The notes under the pieces: model-generated
What the model saw: only the letters and a program-made list of their open reading frames with translations
Told to the model about the DNA's origin: nothing
The model's database searches: none
Source of the DNA: Camelus ferus
Taxonomy: Eukaryota
Assembly (NCBI RefSeq): GCF_009834535.1
Contig: NC_045696.1
Coordinates: 98,644,001-98,708,000 of the forward strand
Direction: 5' to 3'
DNA length: 64,000 nt
Shown here: positions 37,129-51,435 of the stretch, in pieces
Position numbering within the stretch: the stretch's first letter is position 1
Layout of the letters: each line of letters begins with the position of its first letter
Translations under genes and position numbers: made by a program

Positions 37129-38204
37129 ATTTGGGAGTGTTTTAAAGTTTGCTGGATCTCATGACCATCTGCAGTGTCCTAATATTATACGTAACCACCA
37201 ACAAAGATTAACTCTGAAAATTAGTTCTCTGTAAGTTATAAAATGAGTATTTCATACATATTTTCCTGTATGTTTATATGCTTAAACCTCAGTTTCCTAG
37301 TTTCTTAAAGAGAAAGAGAAGGATGCTATAAGGATTAAATTTTAAAATTGCACTTAAGGAATCCCTCACACATAGTAAGTTAGCTATACCTGTGACAATT
37401 AAATGGCCAAATTCAATTACTTTAATACTGGACAACAGCCTATGTAATGATTTAGATATTAGCTTCAGAACTGTCCCTGCTGATCAGAAGTACACCAGTT
37501 TCTCCTCCGATGAGCTGATTTCAACAATTCTGTCACTTGGAATTTCTGTCATTTACCTTAAGACTTTGATTACTGTTAGAATAATGTGCTGTTGGGAAAG
37601 GGACTACTTTAAGCCCTCAGGGTATATGAAGATTCTGAAAGCAGATTATGGTGATGCAAAGAGAGGCGGAAAAGAGCAAATTGTGCTCAAGAGCAGAAAA
37701 GGAGATGGGGAAATTGCGAGATGACGGTAGTCAAGGAGCACTCCGAATGTGAACTTTCACACAGTTCTTCCAAAGATTAAAAATAAACTGAGCATGCAAA
37801 CAGACCCACACTCCCCCACCAAGACTACCCACGAACCTAATTTACAGCTGCATGTAATAAGGAGCAGTGGTATACACTCAATTACAGGTGCTAAATCTAG
37901 AATCCCCCGCACACAAAGGAGGGAAAAAAATAACTGGGAAAAGTTTGATATCCAGTGGGCTTGTAAACTCATATTAAATGTAGTACAGTTGTTCACCACG
38001 AATCCTATATGACCTCTCTGTGCATAATAAAAATAAAGCAGTGCTATTTAATTTCTGTGTTTGGCATAATAAGATTGTAATCATCCTGCCAGGGAAACAT
38101 TTTCACTTTCCTGGGTGTCAGTGATTAACTTTCATTTCTCTAGCACTCTAAATGTATTGCTTCATTCAGTAATTTAATCATTCGTTTATTTAATATTTAT
38201 ACAG

Positions 38205-38900
38205 TGTCAAGGAAGTACAAATGGCCAATAAACATACGAAACGATACTCAGCTTTACTATTTATGAGGACAGGGCAAGTGTAGACAACAATGAGATACAT
38301 ATTTTATCCACTGGGTGATTAAGAAAATTGAGTGTTTTTAGGGGTGGAGAGGAATTAGTGTTCTTATATGTTGCGGATGGAGGTGTCACTCCATATAAGT
38401 CTTTGGAGGGTGATTAGAGATATCTATGAAAATATAAGTGTGACTATCCTTCAGTCCAGATATTTTTCCTCTCAGCTCTGTTATGGAGAGACATTGTGGT
38501 AATAGAAAAAAAAAGAGAGACAGAGAGGAGAGGGAAGAAAGGAGAGAAGAGAAAAATTTACCTAAATATCTAAATATCCATCAATAAGGTGATGGTTTAA
38601 ATGAACTATAGATATTCCATTGCAGACAGTATTACCCAGCAGCTAAGTGAAAAAGCATAAACTGCATCTATGTGCCGTCATGGAAAGATTTTTCAACCAC
38701 GTGGAAAGAGAAAAAAAGCAACTTGAACAATCATATGTAATGAAAGATATCAGCCCCCAAATGGATAAAGTCCTTTTTTTAATGTATTCTTAGAATTGTG
38801 TGTAAAAGGTGGTAACAAGGCTTATTTCTGCTCGGGGGCTGCATTTAGGGTGTTAATCAAAATGAGCTCTTTATTGATAATCATATTTTCTTTGTGTAAT
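38205..38900 (+). mobile_element. Old L1ME-like 3' fragment
   Basis: caaatggccaataaacatacgaaacgatactcag...acaacaatgagatac...aaatatccatcaataagg. Confidence 0.7.
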
Positions 38901-40799
38901 TAAAATAGATTAAATAAGTACAATTAAATATGTATGCATTTTATAAATTATCCTCTACGTAAGTTAATGGACTAGACTAGATCCCAATTATGCAAATATT
39001 GAACTTGTCTGTTAGTCATTAAATGTATATTTAATTTTGTGCAAGTTCTTCGTTTGTCCAAAAAAATGCTGCTTGTTATTAATTTATCGGGAGCATGAAA
39101 GGATATATCTTTTAGATTGGGTATGTCCAAATTATCCAGATTACTGTCCCAGAGACACTGTGGATACAAGGTGTCTGCCTTGGTATACACAGTGGGCACA
39201 GTCAAGGAATATATAGAATCAACAAAATCCTATGAGTGTGTTTAAATTCACCCAGTCTCCCAACCACTCCCCCAACTCCAGGGTTTCCTAAGGGTCTGCT
39301 GGTGCCAGGAGACTAACGGAGAAGGAAGGTTTGTAAGATGGACTGCTTAGTCACATCGTTGTAGATTATCTTCCAAATTCTTCTCTATTTCCTCAAAGGG
39401 AAATACTGGAAAATAAAACAATATATTTCCTGAATTGTATGTCTAACAGTAAAATGTTTAGGCTTTCAAAGACAGTTCATGTCAGAGAGTACTCCCCTCC
39501 CATATCTCAATTTTTCTTGTAAGAAAAAGATATATTTCCTACTCTTAAAGGAAACTCAAGCTCTGACACAGTTTCAGTACAAAACCAGAACCCCTGAAGT
39601 TCAAGTTGATTTTGAACATAGTACAATGCTTTCCAACATATTGATTCTCTCTTTGCAGTCTTATAACTATTAAAAAAAACAAACAAACAAACCAAACAAC
39701 TGCGTATGTGTGTGTGTGTATCCCTTGTTCATGAAAGAACAGACTAGCTCTTGATGTGAATTATTGCAGCATATTTGGCCTTAGCATTTATTACACAACA
39801 CATACAGATTTTTTCATGAAGTTACAGTTTCTTTTAAAATTGCTCTATTTTTGACATCTGTACATTTTTCTTAGGATTTTAGTTAACTTCCAACACCTGA
39901 GTCTTGGCCTCTACCGCTAGCCTAGCCAGCTGATCTTTAGACCATTTATTTTGAAGATTAAACACAATTTCATCGGGCTAGTCCTGGACTGTGGTCTCTG
40001 TAGAAAAATCTTATCTTCTTATTTTCTTATTAGTGAACCTTGTCAAAGAAGGCTGTCAGTAGCAGCTTTTTCTCCAAGCCATGCCTCCACACTGTTTTTC
40101 ACTGAATACATAGCAGAATTTATGGGACTTTCTATATAATTTTCCACTGTTCCACAGGATTATTAGATTCAAGAAATCATTGAAATTTGGTGTTCTAAGG
40201 GAAAACCCAGATTTGTCATGACTCTTTATCATCAATTATGAGCATCAGAGCAGTATCAGTGAACTACATTCTCCAAAATAGAATGCTTCATTATTTAGGG
40301 GAAAAACAATTGAAAATATGCCTATTTATTTTTATCTACTAACGACATACCTAAGATTATAGTTCCTATAAAAACTGCACACACGTGAGTTCTTTCTCTC
40401 CTAAAACTGAGGTGACTTTATAATTTTTAAACAATGTGTGTTACCAAATGAGCGTTGGTTAGTTATTTACCTTTAGTTTCGCCCATGGAATAGTGAAGAG
40501 AATTTTCTTTACATTTACAGGTACTTTCTAAAACGTGGTGATTTCTCTAAACTCCAAAATTTGAAACAAAATAAAATAAACAAAACCAAAAAAATAAACA
40601 GGATCAGTCCTTATCCCATCAATGCACACCGAGTGTATAGACTATGTCAGCTTTTGTCATCACATGTGGATGAGTATTACAGGGTCTTTGTTCACTTTAA
40701 CCCCAAAAGAGAACCACAGTCACATGGAGGTTGTCCCCTAGCCTGACACTTGCAGCAGCACCCTGCAGGAAGCACAGGATCAGAGGAGCCTCAGACACA

Positions 40800-41830
40800 G
40801 GCAGCCTCCCCGGACTTGGGACAGGTGAGCACAAAAGAATGGTTTGAGAAGATGTTCTATAGAAGGTAACATCTGAACTGAATCTTCAAGTATCAGCAGG
40901 AGTTAGCCATCTGAGGAGAATGAAGACTAAAAGAAGTCATTATATACATATGCGAAAACCTGAGACACTGTGGCATTTCAGTAGAAATCTCGATGATTTC
41001 AGCATGAATGATACAGAATGTTCAAGGAGGTACTGGGCTGGGGCTAGAGAGTTAGATGCCAAATGCCAGGTCACGGGGAGCAGGAGAGTGCTTGCGTGTC
41101 ATACTGAGCATACTGGCCTGGGCCCTGGAAAATATGTTCAATGACTTTAATCAGAGGCGAGATTTTGTCAGATACGTAGTTCAGAAAACCATCTTGTCAT
41201 CTGGGACAAGTCAATTCTTTCAATTGCTCAGGGAAAATGTATATGGAGTTCTGCTTAATGCCATGCTTTCTGTCACAGTTGAATGCCAGTCCAGCAAATC
41301 TTATTGGTCCAGAAACTGGACAGGTTTGTTTTTTTTTTTTGTTTTTTTTTTTGTTTTTTTACCATATCCACCATTTCCACACTGGTCAAAACTGTCATAA
41401 TCCCGCCCAAGGAATACGGCAGTTATATCCCAACTGTTCTGTCCACTTCTGTCCTTATTCTTTTCTGCTCTGATCTGTAAGGAACCAGAATTCTTTTAAA
41501 ACCCAATGAGCCATGCCATCCCTCTGTTAAAAACATTCTGAAGACTCCATTTTTCATAGAATATAAACCCAAATCCTTACAATTGCTTGTAAGGGACCCA
41601 CACTATTTTTCCCATTGCCTCTCGGGGTCAATCTTCTGTTACGTTCTCCCTCACTCTGCTCTGCTCTGGCCACACTGGCCTCCTTGCCTCACAGTCTTTA
41701 CACATGCCATTGTTCCTTTCCTGGACATTCATCTTCAGATCTGCACTTGATTTTCATTTGCATTGTATCTAAATCTGGATTCAAACATTACTATCTTGGT
41801 AGGAACAGTCCATACCACTCTGTTTAAAAT
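40800..41830. mobile_element. Two L2 fragments (antisense ~40800-41200, sense ~41280-41830)
   Basis: tagaaggtaacatctgaactgaatctt...aggagttagcca (-); ctctgctctggccacactggcctcctt (+). Confidence 0.6.
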
Positions 41831-41869
41831 CACAAAACAATGTGCTAAAATTTAGAAAGTCAGGTAAAG

Positions 41870-42745
41870 AACTTCTTGTTTCAGCTCCAACATGTAAAGC
41901 GTTTGGACGTCTTCCCTTACATCCTTACAATAAGAAAAGGCTGAACAAGTTGGCTTTTGATAAAAACTTGGACCCACCCGAGAACTGAGGATTCAGGGCA
42001 AACTGCCACTTTAAATTTTGGAGAGAAATTTATCCAGAAAGACGCAGCTGAAGTCTGCTTACCTGGAAGCAGAAGCTGCAGGACACAAACAGATAGGAGT
42101 ACTAATATAATTTTTACAAGTTTTTAGAGGTTAAGTATGAGCTAGCATGCCTGCTAAGTAACTGAGAGTCAGAAGAGTATAAAACCCACCCCTTCCACTT
42201 TAACATCATATCAACAGGGCTCCAGTGTGCAAACAGTACGTTACAGCTGAACAGTCTCCAAGACCCACACTCTCACTGAGGGGGAGCACTTAGGAAAATT
42301 CAAAAATAAAGAGGAGATTTAAAAAAAAAAAAGTAAGGTCACTAGAGGAATTTAAAGCTTCTACTGCAAATATTAAAGAGCAACTCATAGCCAGAATAAC
42401 ACAATTCCTTACACTAAAGGACTATTTACCTTAATTTCTATTACCAAATACAATTTGTCCTGCCTTTAACAAAAATATTTACAAAGCATGCCAAGAGGCA
42501 AGAAAAAAGCAGTCTGAAGAGACAAAACAATCATCAGAACCAGACTCAGATATGATAATACATGGAATATGGAATTATCCCTGATATGGAGTTATCAGAT
42601 AGAGAATTTAAAATAGTTCTTACCGTGTTAAAGGGCCTAATGGAACAAGCGGACAACATGCAAGCACACATGGGTAATATAAATAGCGAGATGGAAATGC
42701 AGAAAAGGAATCAAAATAAAATATTAGAAATTGAAACCAAAGAAA
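41870..42745 (+). mobile_element. Old L1 5' UTR / ORF1 N-terminal fragment
   Basis: ORF 42562-42828 contains MELSDREFKIVL...MGNINSEME...NQNKILEI, typical of the L1 ORF1p N-terminus and coiled coil. Confidence 0.75.
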
Positions 42746-43673
42746 GTAGGAGAGATCTAGCAGGGCCAGAAGGAGGACAGGACGAGAGAGGGGTCAAGTC
42801 TAACTCCAAGTTAACTCTGATAGTGTGAGGACATAAAGCTGTTCATTAAATGTAGAATGACGTTTGACTAGGGCAGTTATGGGGTGACGATGGGAGGAAA
42901 AACTAGATTTGCAGTGAGTTTCGGAGAAACTGAAAAGCAAGAAATTGGTGGCAGCAGCTGTTGACAAGTCTCTCAAAAGGGCTGCCTGTGATTGCAATGG
43001 AAATACAAGATCATAACTACGGTGCCGGAGGACAAAGGGATAGGGCTTCTAAATTAGGAGAGATTTGAACATGTTTATAAACTGAGCAGAATTCCACAGT
43101 AAGGATTTCATAAAAGCTTAACAAAATGTATTGAAACAATAATGCTTTTACACTGTCAGCACTTCTTCACTCCTCTCCCCTCTCCAGCCACCTCTAATCT
43201 GATTTTCAGCATCTTCACTCTTTTTACCGGTTCCTTCCTCACTGCATCACCACATCTTGCAATACCTAGCCATCGTGCTAAGTCCTTTCTCATTAAATTG
43301 GGCCCTCTCATCTGCAAACTCTCAGCAGTTTATTTAAATACAAATCTCACGTGCCATTTCCTATTCTACAGGGAAGCTGCCTACAGGCAGAAAAAACATA
43401 TTTTATGGTTTTATCCTCGGTAGTGATTCAATAGACCACATTGTTCAGAAAAGGTCCTTTATATCACTTTGTTAATTTGAATTAAATTAATGCTAACTGT
43501 AGGGGGAAAAAGTTGTGTTTAGTTTAGGCATTTTCCTAGTAGCAAAGACATGGGCTTTTGAGAACTTCTTCTAGCTCTGATATTCATAATGACGACTCTA
43601 TTGAGGGGAATGGGACCATGTATTACACTAATACAGTCAGGCATCTCTGGATGCATGGAGTCTCACTGGTCTT

Positions 43674-43980
43674 TGTATTCGTTTCCTACTGTTATTGCAA
43701 CAAATTACTACCAACGTAGTGGTTTAAATGAACACAAATTTATCATAAACTTTTGCAGATCAAAAGCCAAAATCGGTCTTTTGGGGCTAAAATGAAAGGT
43801 GTTGGTAGGACTGTGTTTTTTCTAGAGACTCTAGGGAATGATCAGTTCCTTGCTTTTCCAGCTTCTAGAAGCTGTCCATGTGCCTCCCATCCTGTCCCAT
43901 ATCGCATCACCTTTCTCCCTCTGTTTCCATCATTTGATGGTCTTGTTTTTGAATTTGACCCTCTTTACTCTCTTTACTCT
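43674..43980 (-). mobile_element. Partial MLT1 (MLT1C/D-like) LTR
   Basis: tgtattcgtttccta...aacaaattactaccaacgtagtggtttaa...ttccttgcttttccagcttctagaagctg. Confidence 0.8.
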
Positions 43981-45559
43981 GGTTTTTTTCCCCAGTACGA
44001 ATTATACACAGAAATCCTGAAATCATCAATATACTGAAACCTATATCATGACGTAAGGATAATGCCAACTTTATCAATGAAATCAAGTTAGACAAAGCAA
44101 CACTAATTTATTTTAATATAGACTACAAAAATGGAAGTGAAAACTATTTGAGTGATGTGTGAAATTTAAGCATTCCTGATTCCTAGGATTACCTAGCAAA
44201 GGGTACATGATTTTTCTTTGCCCTCATATATGTTTTAAGTACCTATTTATCTTTTTTCTTTGAATATTATTATTTCACAATTTTAAATATGCTTATCCAT
44301 GCTTTGCAAGGACTGAGGCTTAAGAAGTCTTAGGCTATTAGACTGGAAAGGGAATAAGGGTTACAATCTTCTCTCTATGACCTTTTGTAATTTATAAGTC
44401 CAAATGGACTGAACAACACTGAATAATTAATTCATGCTGTGTTTAAGCCCCTATGCTTGCATGTTTTACACCCTAATTATTATGAATTCCTTCCTTGTGC
44501 AAATCTTTGATTCCCCAACCTAAATCAGGTTAATACAGACTCATATGCTCCAATTATGGTGATATCTTTCTCTTAACCTTGGCAGAAGGAGCATTATAGT
44601 AGGTCAAAAAGTATCTTTGAGTTTCATTGAGAAATTAACCCATAAGGGAATTGTGCTCATGGTTGTAGTGTTAATTAGTTTCACCAAGAACATATTTTGT
44701 GGCTTATTTAACATTCAGATGCTCTCTGCATTTAAATAAAAATATATGCCCTAATATGTTAAAACCACTCAAATGTGATTTTTATTTAATGATTTTTTTT
44801 CCTTGTGAATCAAGTAATTAGCACATTGCACATTTTAACTAATTAAGAAAATATAACTGTCACCACACCCCAGTGAGTCATGCTGGTGGTGTTTCCCCAT
44901 TTATAAAGGTAGAGAAACTGGAAAGCAAGAAAAAATTTTTTCACTATACTGAAAAGAGGATAAGAAGAGACAACAAATTCCTAGAATGGAAATCTGAGAT
45001 ACTTAACCCTTGGAAATATTCTGTCCAAAATCCATAGGCTACAATGAAAAGGATAGGGCAGATGGTTTGAATTAAGACAAACTAAAGCAAATAGTTTGGT
45101 AAATTTATGCTCTGTATAGATTCCCATTGCACATTCACTTGTAATATGAGAACTAAGATCAGACATGGTGATGAGTATGTCCTCTAGAGGATGTAAATGT
45201 TGTAGATCTGATCATTGCATCCATTAGTCTGATCCTATCTTAGAAAAAAATTAGAAATGACCTATTCTCTGCATGCGGGGAACAGTGTGTATATGCTCTC
45301 TTCCATCTCCACAGAGGGGGGGAATCTTTAAAAGTAAGGTTTCAGAATGAAGAAAATGGCTTTTTTGACAAGTATCAAAATTTTCACTGAGTGTTTTAAA
45401 ACTCTTTTTAGAGCTTTTATACAAACTACTCATAATTTTAAATGCCTTCATGAAAGTCTGAAGCCATTTCTTTTCTTGGATCTAGTACACAAAAATAAGA
45501 TTTGAATAAAAAATACACAACTGATCTTCTAGAAAGGTCTCATGAAATTTGAGCATAAG

Positions 45560-47219
45560 GAATAGCAATGGCCACTCTTCTTACACCCTGATTTGTCTTA
45601 TCCTGTTTGTATCTCTCCCTTACGGGTGCATTCCTAGAAGTAATGTTTCTGAGTCAAAGCAAATGCACAATTTATGTTCTGATACACATCAACACACTGC
45701 CTTCCTGAGAGGTTGTACAAATGCACATCCCCATCAGTGGTATGCCTATTTCTCTCACTAAGTATTAATAAACATTTATTGTTTGCCTATATAGGAGAAA
45801 AAAATGACATCTCAGTGTTAATTTTCATGCATCTGATTATTAGTAAGCTCTAAGATCTTTTCATATGATTTTATGGTTTCATATGTTTCTCCTTATGTAA
45901 ACTGTTCATATTTAAACATTGATTATTTCTTTATTGCTATCTCCTTTTCATACTTGTTTTTAAGCATTTTACATATTATTATTATACTTATGAACTTTTG
46001 CCTCTATTATTTAAAAATAATATTCATTTTTTCTGTTTGTCAAGTACATTTTAATGTTAAATCTTTTTTGTTTATTTTTATTCAAATGTTTTGGATTTTA
46101 TGTAGACAAACTTGACAGCTCTTTATAGGGACATGATTAGAAATAGAATTTACTAAGGGTATAGGAGACTCAACCATGCTTTCTTTTTCTACTTATGCTA
46201 TTATTTCTTTTACTAGTAAGATTTGATACAGCCAGGATATATTTTGGTGAAAGGAGCTGAGTAAAGCTTGTTCTTTGTTTTCTTCCAAAAAGCCAACCTA
46301 TTGTTTAATAACATAATAAATATTCCTTATTTTCTCTATTGATTTTAAATATCACCTTTATCATATTCAAATGTCCAATATAAACTTTAATGTATTTCTT
46401 GACTCTATTTTGTCCATCGATTGTCTGTTTCTTCCAACATACTTTAAAATAAATGTAATTTCATTTTGTCTTCTTATTTAATTACAACGACTAACATTTC
46501 TGGAGCAATGTTCAGGGACATTGGTAATAGTATGCACTTTTGTGTTGTTCCTCAATTTATTATCATGTCTCTAATGGTTAACCATTAATCATGATACTGA
46601 CATTAGAATGTATATCTTGATATATATGTAAACAAAAATGTTTATAAATCTTTTTATATCTAAGAGATTTTTTGAACTGAAAAAATGGATGATAATATTT
46701 ATAAAGTGTTATTTCAGCATCTATCAAGGAAATCATAATTTTCTCTTTTGAGCTCTTAATGTCTTGAATTATATTAATGCATTTTCTTTTGTAACGCTTG
46801 GCATGAACTCCACTTATTCATGTATTTTTAATTTATTCTAATATTTTACTTCTTAATTCTAGTTTTCAATATTTATACTTTTTTATCAATTTTCAGAAAT
46901 AATAATAGTCTTTTCTTTGTATATGCTATCTTAATGTCACTCAGTTATTCTAGTTCTTAAAAATAACTTGGAAGTTTTTCTCCTTGGGTTATGATTGAAT
47001 CAGTTTAAATAACAACACACATTTCCTTGAAGATATGAAAAGAAAATAACCTGTGAAATTGTGTGGATTTAATCTTTTTTGGAGGATGAACAGTGATAGT
47101 CTTTGATACATTTCTTTAGTTCCCCTTTGGCTATTGATTTATTTAAGATTTTATATTCCTAAATTTTAAAATTCATCTGTTTTATCCTAAAATTCATCCA
47201 TTTAATCTAGGTTTGCAAA
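45560..47219 (-). mobile_element. Old, degraded L1ME-like fragment (continues at ~48290-48430)
   Basis: cattcctagaagt...gagtcaaag...ggttgtacaaatgcacatccccatcag; ttcagcatctatcaaggaaatcata; T-rich antisense composition. Confidence 0.7.
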
Positions 47220-47232
47220 TGCATAGACTTTA

Positions 47233-48276
47233 TTTAATTATTTATTTATTTATTGAAGTATAGTCAGTTTACAATGTTGTATCAATTTCTGGTGTACAGT
47301 ATAACATTTCAGTCATACATATGCATACATATATTCATTTTCATTTTCTTTTTCATTATGTTACTACAAGATATTGAATCTAGTTCCCTGTGTTATATGC
47401 TATACAGAAGAAACTTGTTTATCTATATTATATATAGTAGCTAGTATCTGCAAATCTCTGTCACTCATTTTATCTCTTCCCATCTCCTTCCCCCACTGGT
47501 AACCATAAGTTTGTTTTCTATGTCTATGAGTCTGTTTCTGTTTTGTAAATAAGTTCACTTGTGTCTTCTTTTTTTTTTTTAGATTCCACATATGAGTGAT
47601 ATCATATGGTATATTTCTTTCTCTTTCTGGCTTACTTCACCTAGAATGATGATCTCCAGGTCCATCTATGTTGCTGCAAATGGCATTATTTTATTCCTTT
47701 TTATGGCTGAGTAGTATTCCACTGTGTACATATACCTCAACTTCTTTATCCAGTCATCTGTCGATGGACATTTAGGTTGTTTCTATGTCTTGGCTATTGT
47801 AAATAGTGCTGCTGTAAACATTGGGGTGCATGTATCTTTTCAAATTAAAGTTCCCTCTGGATATATGCCCAGAAGTGGGATTGCTGGATCATATAATAAG
47901 TCTATTTTTTGTTTTTTGAGGAATCCCCATAGTGTTTTCCATAGTGGCTGCACCAAACTACATTCCCACCAACAGTGTAGGAGGGTTCCCTTTTCTCCAC
48001 ACCCTCTCCAGCATTTATCATTTGTGGACTTTTGAATGATGGCCATTCTGACTGGTGTGAGGTGGTACCTCATTGTAGTTTTGATTTGCATTTCTCTGAT
48101 AATTAACGATATTGAGAGTTTTTCATGTGCCTATTGGCCATTTGTATGTCTTCATTGGAGAATTGCTTGTTTAGGTCTTCTGCTCATTTTTGGATTGGAT
48201 TGTTTATTTTTCTGTTATTAAGTTGTATGAGCTATTTATATATTCTGGAAATTAAGCCCTTGTCAGTTGCATCATT
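47233..48276 (-). mobile_element. Relatively young L1 (camelid-type, tentative), ORF2 C-terminus and 3' UTR, nested in old L1
   Basis: ORF 47840-48091(-) [50 protein letters not shown] is the L1 ORF2p Cys-rich domain; TSD tgcatagacttta/tgcatatacttta. Confidence 0.95.
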
Positions 48277-48489
48277 TGCATATACTTTAGAGTTGTGTAA
48301 AATATTCCCAAATGTTTCTTTTAGTGAACTTTTGTATCTAGGGTTATATGCAATTTAGTTTCTGTGTTTTCAGTTTAGATATTTGTTCTAAGTTTTAACA
48401 TTTTCCTTTATTCTTGTGTTTTTTATTTCTGCATTTATCTCTTTTGAAGTTATATAGATATTTAAATATTAAATATATATTTTCTCTAT

Positions 48490-48660
48490 TTAATCTTCAT
48501 AATATTTCTATGAGGTAGATATTTGTTCTATGCTTTAAAGACTGAGAAACTGAGACATTTAGGAAATTTGCATACACTTGCACAGCAGTAAAGGACGGGG
48601 CCAGGTTTCAAATCCAGGCCCTTTGTAGCTGAGGGCCAATTTATTCACCACTGTATTTTA
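48490..48660 (-). mobile_element. MIR
   Basis: tttaatcttcataat...tatgaggtag...gagaaactgagac...ggtttcaaatccagg. Confidence 0.7.
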
Positions 48661-49149
48661 TTGTCTCTTGAAATTTCATTAGCAAGGTAACTATTTATCC
48701 ATTCCATTGGGAAAATTCCCCAGAAATAGATTTTTTAAATTGTTAGATGAAGGTAATCATGATATTCAAATTACGCTTTTATATAACTCTTCATCACAAC
48801 TGTATTGAAGTCTATCTTCCCCCTGCCCAGCATCCAACTCCCACCTCCTTCCTCTTTTTATTAGCACCTGAATTAATTCTTTCTTTAGTCTTACTAGAGG
48901 AATTGCCTTGTCGCCTATATAGAAGAATGGACCAGATAATCCCATTCCCCAATGTAACACAACTGATGGGATTAGAGAAGGTCACTTAACCTTGGCTGGA
49001 CCCAAAAGGTGCTCTCAGGGTTCAGAAGCAGTTGGAAGTTGGAGTCACTGATAGAGGCTTCAGCGGCACAGGGCCAGATACACCCATGAGGTGTCTCCTG
49101 CTGCCTAATGCTTGAAGTGAGCCTGAGCTCACCAGCAGCATTCTTAAGC

Positions 49150-49625
49150 CCCTTCCCTGTCACTACCTCTCATCCCCAAAAGATGACCTCTCCTGACTTC
49201 TAATGCCGTCTGTTAGTTTTGCCTGTTCTGAACTTTACATAAATGTAGTCATATGCTATGTATCTTGTATCTGGCTTCTTTAACTAAATATTGTGTTTAT
49301 AAGGTTTATTCATGTTGTTACATGTAGTAGATTTTTACTGCTTCTTTTCATTATATGAATACATCATATTTTCTTTTTTGTTCTTTCTAAAACCAATGGC
49401 TATGTGGTCCATTTCCAAGCTTAGCTCATTCCCTTTGTTTTGTCTGTTGGGTGTATACCTACAAGTGAAATTGCGGGATCATAAGGGTTGGCATATGCTT
49501 AACTTTGGTGATTGTATAAACTTACATTCTGACCATCTGTGTATGAAATCTCCAGTTGTCTTGTATCCTCACAAACATTTGTTATGCTCACACTTTAACT
49601 TTAGCCATTCGGATGAGTTTGTGAT
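49150..49625 (-). mobile_element. Old L1 (L1MC/ME) 3' UTR fragment
   Basis: ttagttttgcctgttctgaactttacataaatgtagtcat...gtatctggcttcttt...ttcatgttgttacatgtagtag. Confidence 0.75.
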
Positions 49626-50744
49626 ATCTTTCTTTTTTTTTTTAACAGTTTTAAAATGTATTGGTTCTTCAGCATCTCAGATTTAAAAGAACTTTAAAAG
49701 TTATTTGTAGCTCCTATACATCCCTTTTGAGGTTAATAAAATGTGCTTGTAGATATTCTTTCAATTTATAGAAGAAGGGTTTCCTTCTTTTCTTCTCAGA
49801 GCACCAAGAATTCTGTGAAGGTGCTTCAGAACAAGAGGAAAAGGAAAAGGAGCTGGATTCTCCTCTCCCAGCCCTTCTTCAAGCAGAAGTGCTCTGTGTA
49901 TACACTGGGTATTTTTAAAAATTTAATTTTACGTTGAGAGTTGCTTTGCTAAAAATTTTTAAAGTTAAAAACTGTCTCCAAAGAATGATTGACAATAAAA
50001 CCTTTTCAATGGAATATAAATCTTTCCTGATACATGGGCTCTTTGCAAATGTCTTATTTTGCAACCTTAAGAGTTCACTGCAACTCCTACACTGGCATGC
50101 AGTCTGCAGGGGCTGGGGCCACAACTAATCCTGATGAAGATTCAGCATCCGGCGTCTTTAGAACCCTTACCTTTACCCCAGCCCCACCTCACTGCCTACA
50201 CACACACACACACACACATATTACACATGCCCCACCTCACATAGTTTTTTCAGCTGTGGCTGAACCTAATCGAAAGCAATAGCAGTGTTGATGCAGTGCT
50301 TCCCAGCCTGCCAAAAGCTCTAGAAAGGGAAACACAAAGAAAGAGGTGTACACCCCCTTGGGCCAGCTAATTAACCTCTCTCTTCTTCATTAATATAATT
50401 CTACTACTTTACAACGTAATTGTGAAGATTAAATGAGATGGTGTACAGCACCAGCAGAGGACCTGAAATATCATGTGCTCAACAGAACATGCTGGTTTAT
50501 TCTGACAGTGACCTTGATTATCCAGCAGTTTCTACATGGATTGATCTTAGGTCCATGTGATTCCCGGGCCCAGTGATCCATGTCCTCTGGGACACTAAAT
50601 GCTCCTACTTTTTCTTCCTTATATCCACTGGTTCCTGCCTCAAGTGTCAGTTCTCCAGTCCTTGATCCCACAATACCATTATCTCTCAGATGTTGTACGG
50701 AACCTCAAGCTGAAGCATCTCTCTCCCTGAAGTCCTAAATCCTT

Positions 50745-51260
50745 CCATGGTGCCCTCTGGAAATGCCGTGCCACATTCAGCAAATTCCTTCATTATCTTC
50801 AATGCCCTATAACAGCACTCTCTGTATTTCGTTGCCTTAATTGAAACCTAGTGACACCATTTCCCTTCTAATCCTCTCAAGTGATGGCTTATCTTGTGGA
50901 CCTGGGAAACAGAAGGAGGGGTTAATGAACTTACTCTCCTTTTTGGCTTCCAGAACAATATTCCACATCTTTTTGTAAAAAACAATGACATAACAAAACC
51001 AATCAACCAGCCAAACAAACAAACAAGAAAAATACTTACATCTTTGAGGTGAATATTATTAGAAAACCTCTCCTCTTCCCCAACATTGCCATTTGTAAAC
51101 TTCTCAGTCCCACCCCTTACCTATGGACAGTGTGGGCACCTCTTTCGATCTTTTTCACTACTGTTGCGACCCTCCCCCTTGCCACATCCTAGTAGATGAC
51201 CGTATCTACAGTTTAATGGTTTGACCCCTACTGTATCAATATCCATTGTCCCCTTTATTC
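50745..51260 (+). mobile_element. L2 internal fragment covering the endonuclease-domain region
   Basis: gccctctggaa (ALW) ...ttcgttgccttaattgaaacctag translates FVALIET*, a decayed LALTETW; then cctctcaagtgatggc. Confidence 0.6.
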
Positions 51261-51435
51261 CTGAGGTTATGTTAGAGAAAAGCAAACACTTCCAGACTAA
51301 GGGTAATATTCCTTTTCTTACTTTCTTTCTTTTTCTTCCTTAGTGAATTCCTTCCGTCCTGCTTCCTAATTCCTTAAGCTGCACGGGATTTGCGTGAATC
51401 TTTGATGCGGTCTGAGTTCGGGATGGCTGTCTTTA

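Noticed and set aside
47840..48091. ORF with a convincing protein-like sequence
   Set aside because: It is the L1 ORF2p C-terminal remnant in a 5'-truncated copy, not a host gene
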